Part shown: positions 40,723-52,112 of the stretch, piece by piece
Numbering within the stretch: the first letter of the stretch is position 1
Layout: the number at the start of each line of letters is the position of its first letter
NCBI RefSeq assembly: GCF_006345805.1
Contig: NC_043004.1
Location: forward strand, 101,680,001 to 101,744,000
Source: Octopus sinensis
Lineage: Eukaryota
DNA: 64,000 nucleotides
Direction of reading: 5' to 3'
Position numbers and translations under genes: made by a program
Notes under the pieces: generated by a model
The model's input: only the letters and a program-made list of their open reading frames with translations
The model's database searches: none
Told to the model about the DNA's origin: nothing

Positions 40723-41205
40723 ATTAATATTTAACTACGAATATAATGATGTATTTTACAGTAAATATAAATATTTTCACTGGAACTAATACGAAATATC
40801 ACGAATTAATCCACTAAAAAAGTCTTTTTCCAAATGCTCACCTTACAGAATTTAAAATAACAAACCCTATGTCTCAATACAAGAAACTTAAAAAGGAATC
40901 AGTATAAAGATAAAAAATCAAAAAACTTAGTATGAATCCGACATAGCAACAATTAAGGAAACAAATGCTTTAGTCTAATAATTTAATGTCTTAAAATGAT
41001 TTTGAGCAAGTGAACTAGTGGTTAGAAGAACAAGATGGTGAAATAAAGTCCTAAGCAGACGATCAGAAAGCCCACGGATCAAAATGGGGTGTGAGCAGAA
41101 CATCCATGGTCAGGGAAATAAACTGAAAGCAAAAAAAACACCGCTCATACATTGATACTGATCATTACAGTGACATAAAATGCCATTTTGTTTCTATCTT
41201 TGCAG

Positions 41206-41234
41206 ACGGAAGACATTACGCCCGCCATGGTTAA
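41206..41234 (+). CDS. Micro-exon 11, last coding exon: (H)GRHYARHG*
   Basis: TTTCTATCTTTGCAG acceptor; 33-nt exon 41206-41238 with TAA at 41232-41234 and GTGAGT donor at 41239. Confidence 0.8.
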
Positions 41235-41284
41235 AAATGTGAGTATACTAAATTAAATTACTAACCTTATTCAATAAAAAAAAT

Positions 41285-41533
41285 AAATGCGCCCTTTTAA
41301 AGTCTAGCCAGACTTATAGGCCCGGTTTCCCAGTTTCAATGGCGTATGTGTTCCCCAGCTGGACGGGAGGCCAGTCCATCACAGCGTTACTCATTTTTGC
41401 CAGCTGAGTGGACTGGAGCAACGTGAAATGAAATGTTTTGCTCAAGAACACAACGCGTCGCCCGCCCCATAATCGAAACCACAATCTTACGATCACGATG
41501 CTGACACCCTAACCACTAAGCCACGCGCCTCCA
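41285..41533 (-). mobile_element. SINE family B-related
   Basis: Reverse complement head AACCACTAAGCCACGCGCC and TTGCTCAAGAACACAAC core. Confidence 0.75.
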
Positions 41534-41940
41534 ACTGTATTCAAGTGGTCCTGGAAATATTACTATGTTTTATTCCGAGATAGCTACAATTCGGTTCAGG
41601 CAACTTAAGATTAAATCTAAGAAGTGTTGGAAACTTTGCAAAGTCAGCAAATCGTGTCAAATCGTCGGAACAATGCGGTAATCACCTGGGTATATTCCAC
41701 TCAACAGCTAGCTTCAATCAGATTGGAAAAGATCTCACAAGACGGTCTGATCCACCCTGTAAGTAGCAGCAGTGGTTTCACAGTGGAATCGAACCGTGAA
41801 TCGTTAGTCTGAAGTGTTGAACTGAATTGCAGCTGCAGGAAAACATTACCGGCAAAAGACTAGCGTCTTAGCCATGGGACCATTTGTTTCTCATCTCATC
41901 CAGTTATCGCAGACTTTTCTTTTATCTTTTACTTCTGCAG

Positions 41941-42420
41941 ATTGTTTCCTAAGTGCAGATTACCCAAGACATTATTTAGTGTCTTCGCTTCTAAGACGGT
42001 TGGGTATCATTTGAAAGAAATTTACTTGTAACCTATTTCTGGTCGAATAACAATGTGGGTGAGCTCTCGGTTGTCCCTGGCAGCGTAGCCAGATGATGGA
42101 AGTTGTCCGCTCCGAGCGACGCTTTTGTGGTGACGGCACTTTTGGGATTACTGTATTAAGTCCGTGTAGGCTTGGGGGCCCCCGGTGGGCCGCAAACCTT
42201 AGAGCTGTAGTGGCAAACACTCTACCTACGTCACATGTTGTTCCGTGGTGTTTTAAATTTTTCTCGGTGTTTGTAATGATTGTATATGTGCTGGAAACTG
42301 CTAAGATTGGAACTTGGAGTTGTAAAAGACAGAGATCCTATCGATTTTAGTTGTTTTGTTTCTTTGTGTAGGTGGTTTGTGATCGACCTATGAAGATGCG
42401 AAGTGCACTATTTTTGTTCT
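41941..42420 (+). other. Candidate terminal 3' UTR exon of the micro-exon gene (end not defined)
   Basis: First very strong acceptor (CTTTTCTTTTATCTTTTACTTCTGCAG) after the exon 11 donor; no transcript evidence. Confidence 0.35.
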
Positions 42421-42546
42421 TTTTCTAGTTTATTATGGTTTGTAGAAGAGGAATTGGGACCGAAGCATGTTAGATTTAATGCATCGTTTGCATACTAATG
42501 TTTCTTTGCATATGTTACACTGTAGGTTTGTGGATTTGGTAGACGC

Positions 42547-42548
<2 letters not shown>

Positions 42549-42636
<88 letters not shown>
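42549..42636. repeat. (GA)n microsatellite
   Basis: Direct inspection. Confidence 0.95.
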
Positions 42637-42639
<3 letters not shown>

Positions 42640-43232
42640 TGTGTGTGCGTGTGCGTGCATGCGCGTGTATGTATGTATTCATGAGAAGACATGTATAATT
42701 CTTTTTCAAGCCTTGGTATTATCTTTATATGTTTTAATTTGAAGGAATCCCTATTAAAATAATACTTTAATGATTTTCTTTTCGTTTTTCTAAAGTTTTA
42801 GAGGACTGCAGTCGAAGAAAGAGCACAATTTCGGAATTTATAGCTAAGCAGTTCATTATGAATAATGATGTTCATACTCTAAGGATTATTTTTTGCTTAA
42901 CCGTTCACTAATGGGTATCACTAAGAACATCTGTCAACAGTGGATGAAACACTATTTTCCGCTGTTTTTCCAGACATTAAAAAAAAAAACTACATTTACT
43001 CACTGACTATCTGAGTTCAAAATGTTCTTCCAAGTGTGACTTAATAAATAATTTTCATAACTGAAAATAAAAACAATGTCTCGTTTTCTTGTAATATATC
43101 GATTATGCTTTCATTTGGTGACCTAACACGGTGTTCCGTAGCATCTAATTATCTCCCTTTATATATGTACTCCTTTTCTTCAGTCAGCTCCCACCACTGC
43201 TCTGGTCTATTGCACGATGATATAAATTGAGG

Positions 43233-43626
43233 ACGGCGAGCTGGCAGAAACGTTAGCACGCCGGGCGAAATACGTAGCCGTATTTCGTCTGCCGTTACGT
43301 TCTGAGTTCAAATTCCGCCGAGGTCGACTTTGCCTTTCATCCTTTCGGGGTCGTTAAATTAAGTACCAGTAACGCACTGGGGTCGATGTAATCGACTTAA
43401 TCCGTGTTTAGCCCCTTGTGGGTAATAAAGAAACAGAAACAGGTATTTCGTCTGCCGCTACGTTCTGAGTTCAAATTCCGCCGAGGTCGACTTTGCCTTT
43501 CATCCTTTCGGGGTCGATTAAATAAGTACCAGTTACGTACTGGGGTCGATATAATCGACTTAATCTGTTTCTCTGTCATTGTTTGTCCTCTCTGTATTTA
43601 GCCCCTTGTGGATAGTAAAGAAAGAG
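43233..43626 (+). mobile_element. SINE family C, tandem partial duplication
   Basis: GTATTTCGTCTGCCG..GAGTTCAAATTCCGCCGAGG appears twice. Confidence 0.85.
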
Positions 43627-43810
43627 ATATAAATTGAGGACAGCAAGATAACACAGTTCTGGTCTCTTGCGCAATATTTCTTTTTGTTTCTTGGTGATTA
43701 GCTCATTGCACCTAGATAGAGCTGTGTAGACTAAAACAGTGATAGTAAACACTGATCCAAGGAAAAGTGAAGTAGACGAATTTTATCTTAGGCAAAGTAA
43801 CATTTCGTAG

Positions 43811-44237
43811 TGTTGCTGTGTGGTAAGTAGCTTGCTAACCAACCACATGGTTCCGGGTTCAGTCCCACTGCGTGGCATCTTGGGCAAGTGTCTTCTGCTA
43901 TAGCCCCGGGCCGACCAATGCCTTGTGAGTGGATTTGGTAGACGGGAACTGAAAGAAGCCTGTCGTATATATATATATATTATATATATATATTATATAT
44001 ATATATATAAGTGTGTGTGTATGTGTTTGTGTGTCTGTGTTTGTCCCCCCTAGCATTGCTTGACAACCGATGCTGGTGTGTTTACGTCCCGTCACTTAGC
44101 GGTTCGGCAAAGAGAACGATAGATAGAATAAATACTGGGCTTACAAAGAATAAGTCCCGGGTTCGATTTGCCCGACTAAAGGCGGTGCTCCAGCATGGCC
44201 GCAGTCAAATGACTGAAACAAGTAAAAGAGTAAAGAG
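43811..44237 (+). mobile_element. SINE family A
   Basis: Family A sequence. Confidence 0.85.
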
Positions 44238-44936
44238 TATATATGGTGAATTTCTGATCGCATCAGTGATATTCAGATATTTACTTATGCATCAGAAAAC
44301 TGCCCAATCGAGCTAGACCGAATGAAAGAAAAGAAACAAAAGAAACAGTAATAACACTGTATATTTATAGTCAAGCAATGTAACCATAGGAAAGTAGCGT
44401 TTCAGTGTTGACCATAACTAAAATTACGAAATATTTTCATGCAGTCAGGAAAAATAATTTAATGTTTCGAGCAGAATCTTTTGTATGAGAGAGGAGAAAT
44501 AACTATTGGTTTTGAAGGATAAATGCATGAGAAAAAGTAAGAAAGAGATGGGAAATGACAAGGAGAAGATAACAAGTGTTACTGCAGACTAGCAACGGCC
44601 ACAGATAGAAGAGAATCAAATACCAATGAATTCGGAAAACGCTGAAGGTAGGTAGGAGGAAATGGTAGGGAAGAACTACACAGGCGTACACATACACACA
44701 CGCATGTGCGCGCGCGACTCAGTTGTATGGTATTGATAAGCCGCAAAAGCCGAAATGTACGCATGTGTAACTCACGCGGTAGCTTCCGGGACGATTCGTT
44801 TCGTCTTGCTACATCTATAAAGGGATATTTCCCCGAGATAACCACAGCAGCCTCTGACTTTTCTACGATACACATGCGTTGGAATCTGTGTCATGTGAAT
44901 AAAGAGTTTTACCTGGGGCCGCTTCTATGGCACAAT

Positions 44937-44940
<4 letters not shown>

Positions 44941-45014
<74 letters not shown>

Positions 45015-45034
45015 TATATATATATATATATATA

Positions 45035-45076
<42 letters not shown>

Positions 45077-45205
45077 ATATTATATATATATATATGAATA
45101 TATATATATATATATATATGAATAATATATATATATATATGAATATATATATATATATATATGAATATATATATTATATATATATGAATATATATATATA
45201 TATAT
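44941..45205. repeat. (TA)n / TATGAA microsatellite
   Basis: Direct inspection. Confidence 0.95.
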
Positions 45206-45636
45206 GGTGGCGGTTTTTTTGACTATTATTAAAATTTTATGTATTGATTAAGTCTTTCCTTGTTGGTTTTGCAAAATAGTGGTTTTGTCTCTAATAATAT
45301 TTTATATATATATATATATATATATAAAGTTAATCCAAACATAAAAACACAAGAGAAAAAACACAACAACGCGGGGACGTGGAACAAATATAGTATTATT
45401 GGACGTTCGGGAAGGAAAAGAAGAGGAGGGTTTAACGTTTCGAGCGGAGCTCTTCGTCGGAAACATAGGAGAAGGAAAGATCCAGAAAAGGGAAGAAAGG
45501 AAAAAAAATCGCCAACGGTACACACGCGGTCGTATGTATGTATGTATATATATATAATTAAATATATTAATATACATATTATATATATTAATATATATAT
45601 TATATATATATTTATGTATATATATATTATATATAT

Positions 45637-45681
<45 letters not shown>

Positions 45682-45872
45682 TATATATATAAAGTAAATA
45701 AATGGTACAACGAGCACCGATATTACTGGAAAATAGCGATCGTAATAAATACAACGCTAATGTATAGCTTCACTGCGTATGTACTAGTAAAGATGCGTGT
45801 GTGCAACAAACATGAAAAAATTGTCTTACCTCTAGGAAGAACATCTGAAAAATGAAAACCCTAGAAACGGAT

Positions 45873-45945
45873 AATGCAGTACCGGTTTCAGACTCTTCAA
45901 ATACGTTTGCCAACATAGATTTGATTTGTCATCATCAGCCGCATA
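45873..45945 (-). ncRNA. Type I hammerhead ribozyme motif
   Basis: Minus strand ATGCGG-CTGATGA-T.GAC...GTC.T-GAAA-CCGG-TA-CTGCAT; predicted cleavage at 45880. Confidence 0.75.
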
Positions 45946-46397
45946 TACCTCGACAACATTTCAAATGTTGCCACATCTATGCCAGTACACTCGTCTGAAC
46001 GCCAAAACGTTAACAGAAGGAGAACAGTGAAGAAGTTTCAATGAAAATAGTAATGCAATACGAGAGTATTGCTTTCCAGCAAAGGATAGCCCGTAAGGGT
46101 AAAATTATACATATAAAGTAAATAGATGTGGCAACATTTGAAATGTTGTCGAGGTATATGCGGCTGATGATGACAAATCAAATAGAGTGTGTGTAACAAA
46201 CATGAAAAAAATTGTCTTACCTCTAGAAAGAACATCTGAAAAATGAAAAACCTAGAAACCGATAATGCGGTACCGGTTTCAGACTCTTCAAATACGTTTG
46301 CCAACGTAGATTTGATTTGTCATCATCTGTTAACGTTTTGGCGTTCAGATGAGTGTACTGGCATAGATGTGGCAACATTTGAAATGTTGTCGAGGTA

Positions 46398-46470
46398 TAT
46401 GCGGCTGATGATGACAAATCAAATCTACGTTGGCAAACGTATTTGAAGAGTCTGAAACCGGTACTGCATT
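46398..46470 (+). ncRNA. Type I hammerhead ribozyme motif
   Basis: Stem I ATGCGG/CTGCAT, CTGATGA 46405-11, stem II GAC/GTC extended by TACGTT/AACGTA, GAAA 46454-57, palindromic ACCGGT; cleavage after 46463. Confidence 0.78.
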
Positions 46471-46727
46471 ATCCGTTTCTAGGTTTTTCATTTTTCAGAT
46501 GTTCTTCCTAGAGGTAAGACAATTTTTTTCATGTGTGTTGCACACACGCATCTTTACTAGTACATATGCAGTGAAGCTATACATTAGCGTCGTATTTATT
46601 ACGATCGCTATTTTCCAGTAAATATCGGTGCTTCGTCGTACCATTTATTTACTTTATATGTATAATTTTACACTTACGGGCTATCCTTTACTGGAAAGCA
46701 ATACTTTCGTATTGCATTACTATTTTC

Positions 46728-46788
<61 letters not shown>

Positions 46789-47406
46789 GTATGTATAGTC
46801 AATTCAAAGAACAAACAAATAAAAAACAGAGAAAAAAACGCGAGGACGTGCACAAGAAATATATTAATTTGACACTCGTTGAAAGAAGAGAGTTGTTAAC
46901 GTTTCGAGCATAGCTCTTAGTCGGAAAGAGAAAGAAGGGAAAATAAGAGGTCGCCAACAATCCACGTGACGTTACATTTCTGAAGTGACTGGAAGTGGAA
47001 GGAGAAAGAGAAAGTGATTTCTGTGACAGGAGAGTGTGAAGATGGCCAATATGTGTGTGTGTGTGAGTGTGGCAGTAGCTGCGCGTATGTGTGTGTATCT
47101 CTGTGTAATAGTGGGTGTGTGGCAGCAAATGCGTTCGCGCGCATGTGTCAATAACTACTTGTTTGTGTGTGCGGTAGCGTGTCTGCGTGTGGTAGTAAAT
47201 ATGTGTGTGTGTGTGTGTGTGTGTGTATTTACATGTGTGTGTAGACGGTGTAGTTAATAGTGAGTCAGTGACAATCTTAAAAGGTGTGTGAATGTGTGGC
47301 TTTAGCTGTGTGTGTGTGCTGGCATGTGTACGTAAACGGAGTGGGAATGTGTGTGTGTGTGTGTGCATATGCGTATGGATGCGTGTGTATGTGTGTCTCT
47401 CCCTTC

Positions 47407-47466
<60 letters not shown>

Positions 47467-47524
47467 ATGCACGTGTATGCGTGTGGGTATGTGTGTATGT
47501 GTGTGCGTATGGGAGGGTCTAGTT

Positions 47525-48730
47525 TTTTTCATTCGCAAAACATGCATTTTTTAAAAGACAGTAAAAGAATCTGAAAATCGGCTACAATAATAAAGTTTTC
47601 CAGTCTAATGGCTATGAAGGTATGATGTTGTGGAGGACAATTGGAGGAAAAATTTCAAAGGTTTAAAAATCGAAAAAACTGTGTATTTATAGCCAACAGT
47701 GAGACAGAAATTTTCTGCGTTTAGCGGAGCGGTGTCAACTTTAAAGTTATACCCTGTGAAATTTATAGTTTAGCGTCCGTGAAATGACCTCTTCATTGTA
47801 GGTTTCTAAATAACAGAAATACCTAAGAAAATCAATATGTATCATCTTACTGTTTCTTTTTTCTCTTCGTTGATTGTCTGTTTTTATTATTTAAAAAAAA
47901 ATTGTATTAGTAATATATTTGTCGACACGTGTATACTTTATGCGTATTTCAGTATTATGACTACCAGTATTATGGATACTGCAGTAGATGCCATGAACGA
48001 AACTCTCATATTGGCTTTTGGTGCAGAATGCACTCTTGTTTATATAAGCAAGAGCGAATTTTGTATTTTGCACCAAAAGCCAATACGAAAGTTTCTTCGC
48101 AGTATAGTTTGCTTTCACAGAACATCCATATTTAAGTAGAATTAAATATTACCTCTTGATATTAGTACTGCCTCTGTCGCTAACACAAATCTTTTAACAA
48201 AGTATGAATACTATCACAATTTGACATTATCTTCTCTTTTATTACAATAAATCAGAGAAATAAGGAGTTTGATGCTTAGAACACCATTTATTACCTTGAT
48301 CAGATCTAGCCAAACTGTCACAAAATATGCATTTTTTAAAAGAAAGTAAAAAATCTGAAAATTGGCTATTATAATGTAGTTTTCCAGACTTATTGCTATG
48401 AAGGTATGATGTTGTGGAGAAAAAAATTGGAGAAAAAAGTTACAGAGGTTTAAAAATTTAGCCAATAGCGAGACAGAAATTTTCTGCGTTTATCGGAGCG
48501 GTGTCAGCCTTAAGGTTGTACTCTGTGAAATTTATAGTTTAGCATCTGTGAAATGGCCTGTTCATTGCAGGTTTCTAAATAAGCAGAAATAATAAAATCA
48601 ACATGTATCATTTTACTGTTTCTTTTGCCTCTTCATTGATTGTCTGTTTTTATTTTTAAAAATTGTATTATAAATAATATTTGTCGGCATCTGTTTACTT
48701 TATGCGTATTTCAGTATTATGACTACCTCT
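47525..48730. repeat. Diverged direct duplication of about 430 bp (about 47525-47960 vs 48320-48725)
   Basis: Shared ATGCATTTTTTAAAAG, GCTATGAAGGTATGATGTTGTGGAG and GAGACAGAAATTTTCTGCGTTTA. Confidence 0.8.
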
Positions 48731-49082
48731 CATGTATTTGTGTACATCATTAACATATAAGTGCAAGTGTGTGTGTGTATGTGTGTGTGTGTATATGTGT
48801 GTGTGCGTGTGTGTGTGTGAAAAGGGGCGTCTGTCTCAAAAACTTCAAAGTTGAGTAAAGCTTTCATGCACAGTTTGAGGAATTTGTAGGATAAGGAGTT
48901 CGAAATGTAGCGGGTATGGTGGTTGGATCCAGTGTGGGGAGTGGTGTTGGTGATGAAAGGACCCCGCCCCGTCCTTCCGACTGTTTTGGAATACCTGATT
49001 CATGGATTTCTCTCTACCATTGGAGTACTTCACCTTTTTATTCATTCAGAGTACGTCATTTCTGCACCTTTGATTGTGAATC

Positions 49083-49113
<31 letters not shown>

Positions 49114-49235
49114 ACAATTTAGGAATGACCCTAACAGGTCATTCGTCCACCAGAAAGAGCAGCCATAACTCACACCGCCAAGTAGTAGTAATTCAGAAAT
49201 TAGGTGAAAATTTAAAAACATTTACCCTAATTCAT

Positions 49236-49336
49236 CTTTTAGACGTTGCAACGTTTCTGTGTCATTAATGATTAAATTAGCTTAATTAAAATAAAATTAA
49301 GCCAATCTACCATAGGTTACACTTCATCAGTAAAAA
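49236..49336 (-). ncRNA. Type I hammerhead ribozyme motif
   Basis: Reverse complement of the 50620 motif; CTGATGA at 49330-49324, C17 at 49242. Confidence 0.7.
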
Positions 49337-50619
49337 ACCTGGAGAGACAATATACACGAGGCGTCTGTATCGATGCCTACGGGATATCTGTCTTAAAATT
49401 TTCAAGACTGACGTATTCGCGCCAACTTATCAGCAGTAAATATAAACTGCCGATTCAATCTCAGAATTAATCAGAAAATTATCAATTAGTCAATTTAGGG
49501 TAGCAAAAAATTCAATAGAAATTTATCGCTACCAGCGGCCTGGTGGAAAAGAGAAAATAGTCAACGACTACATATATAAATATAACAATTTAGGAATGAC
49601 CCTAACAGGTCATTCGTCCACCAGAAAGAGCAGCCATAACTCACACCGCCAAGTAGTAGTAATTCAGAAATTAGGTGAAAATTTAAAAACATTTACCCTA
49701 ATTCATCTTTTAGACGTAGCTAATTTAATCATTAATGACACAGAAACGTTGCAACGTCTAAAAGATGAATTAGGGTAAATGTTTTTAAATTTTCACCTAA
49801 TTTCTGAATTACTACTACTTGGCGGTTGTGAGTTATGGCTGCTCTTTCTGGTGGACGAATGACCTGTTAGGGTCATTCCTAAATTGTTATATTTATATAT
49901 GTAGTCGTTGACTATTTTCTCTTTTCCACAGGCCGCTGGTAGCGATAAATTTCTATTGAATTTTTTGCTACCCTAAATTGACTAATTGATAATTTTCTGA
50001 TTAATTCTGAGATTGAATCGGCAGTTTATAGTTACTGCTGATAAGTTTGGCGCGAATACGTCAGTCTTGAAAATTTTAAGACAGATATCCATCCCGTAGG
50101 CATCGATACAGACGCCTCGTGTATATTTGTCTCTCCCAGGTTTTTTCTGATGAAGTGTAACCTATGGTAGATTGGCTTAATTTTATTTTATTAAGCTAAT
50201 TTAATCATTAATGACACACGAAACGTTTGCAACGTCTAAAAGATGAATTAGGGTAAATGTTTTTAATATTTTACACCTATTTCTGAATTACTACTACTAC
50301 TTGGCGGTGTGAGTTATGGCTGCTCTTTCTGGTGGACGAATGACCTGTTAGGGTCATTCCTAAATTGTTATATTTATATATGTAGTCGTTGACTATTTTC
50401 TCTTTTCCACCAGGCCGCTGGTAGCGATAAATTTCTATTGAATTTTTTGCTACCCTAAATTGACTAATTGATAATTTTCTGATTAATTCTGAGATTGAAT
50501 CGGCAGTTTATATTTACTGCTGATAAGTTTGGCGCGAATACGTCAGTCTTGAAAATTTTAAGACAGATATCCCGTAGGCATCGATACAGACGCCTCGTGT
50601 ATATTTGTCTCTCCCAGGT

Positions 50620-50720
50620 TTTTTACTGATGAAGTGTAACCTATGGTAGATTGGCTTAATTTTAATTTAATTAAGCTAATTTAATCATTAATGACACAGA
50701 AACGTTGCAACGTCTAAAAG
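50620..50720 (+). ncRNA. Type I hammerhead ribozyme motif (variant copies at about 50141-50242 and 51095-51194)
   Basis: TTTTA-CTGATGA(50626-32)-A.GTGT..GCTTAATT/AATTAAGC..ACAC.A-GAAA-CGTTGCAACG-TC-TAAAA; palindromic stem III; cleavage after 50714. Confidence 0.72.
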
Positions 50721-51411
50721 ATGAATTAGGGTAAATGTTTTTAAATTTTCACCTAATTTCTGAATTACTACTACTTGGCGGTGTGAGTTATGGCTGCTCT
50801 TTCTGGTGGACGAATGACCTGTTAGGGTCATTCCTAAATTGTTATATTTATATATGTAGTCGTTGACTATTTTCTCTTTTCCACCAGGCCGCTGGTAGCG
50901 ATAAATTTCTATTGAATTTTTTGCTACCCTAAATTGACTAATTGATAATTTTCTGATTAATTCTGAGATTGAATCGGCAGTTTATATTACTGCTGATAAG
51001 TTTGGCGCGAATACGTCAGTCTTGAAAATTTTAAGACAGATATCCCGTAGGCATCGATACAGACGCCTCGTGTATATTTGTCTCTCTCCCCAGGTTTTTT
51101 CTGATGAAGTGTAACTATGGTAGATTGGCTTAATTTTATTTTAATTAAGCTAATTTAATCATTAATGACACAGAAACGTTGCAACGTCTAAAAGATGAAT
51201 TAGGGTAAATGTTTTTAAATTTTCACCTAATTTCTGAATTACTACTACTACTTGGCGGTGTGAGTTATGGCTGCTCTTTCTGGTGGACGAATGACCTGTT
51301 AGGGTCATTCCTAAATTGTTATATTTATATATGTAGTCGTTGACTATTTTCTCTTTTCCACCAGGCCGCTGGTAGCGATAAATTTCTTTGAATTTTTTGC
51401 TACCCTAAATT

Positions 51412-51463
<52 letters not shown>

Positions 51464-51465
<2 letters not shown>

Positions 51466-51848
51466 TTTTATTTGTTTCAGTCATTTCACTGCAGCCATGC
51501 TGGAGCACCACCTTTAGTCGAGCAAATCGACCCCAGGACTTATTCATTGTAAGCCTAGTGCTTATTCTATCGGTTCTTTTGCCAAACCGCTAAGTTACGG
51601 GGATACAAATACACCAAGATCGGTTGTCAAGCGATGCTGGGGGGGGGGCAAACCAAACACAGACACAAACATATATATATAAAACGGGCTCTTTCAGTTT
51701 TCCGTCTACTAAATCCACTCACAAGGCTTTGGTCGACCCGAGGCTATAGTAGAAGACACTTACCCAAGGTGCCACGCAGTGGGACTAAAGCCAGAACCAT
51801 GTGGTTGGGAAGAAAGCTACCTATCACACACAGCCACTCCTGCGCCGA
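51464..51848 (-). mobile_element. SINE family A
   Basis: Reverse complement of the family A sequence. Confidence 0.8.
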
Positions 51849-52021
51849 TATATATATATAATATATATATAATATATAAAGCAATAAAGATTCCTTAATT
51901 TAAATGAATTTACTTGATATGGTACCTAACTTAGATGCACCAAAAAAAACTATACTGTTTTTAACAATACAGTAATGTGGGGTGATTATAAGCGAGAAAG
52001 AAGCAACAAGAATGGATAGGT

Positions 52022-52112
52022 TTTTAGTACAATCGTTTCATACAAGGACAGGCTTTATTAAAAGTTGCAAAAATTACAGCATATAAACGTGTCCCGTACT
52101 CATCAGCTAAAA
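52022..52112 (-). ncRNA. Type I hammerhead ribozyme motif (left arm)
   Basis: Mirror of 52333-52423. Confidence 0.72.

Larger units (their letters stand above)
45691..46730. mobile_element. Hammerhead-containing 424-bp unit, rearranged tandem plus inverted copies
   Basis: AAAGTAAATA at 45691 and 46115 (period 424, minus orientation), switches near 46125, 46184 and 46328, then a plus copy to about 46730; (TA)n both sides. Confidence 0.8.
49111..51415. mobile_element. Hammerhead-containing ~475-bp tandem array with foldback inversion
   Basis: About 1.3 units in one orientation (49111-49717) then about 3.6 inverted; (TA)n on both flanks. Confidence 0.85.

Noticed and set aside
42093-42350. 85-aa GC-richer ORF
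   Set aside because: No homology recognised; more simply 3' UTR or repeat-derived sequence.
44770-44830. Minus-strand GAC-GAAA-CGAATCG-TC half-hammerhead
   Set aside because: No upstream CTGANGA found to complete the core.
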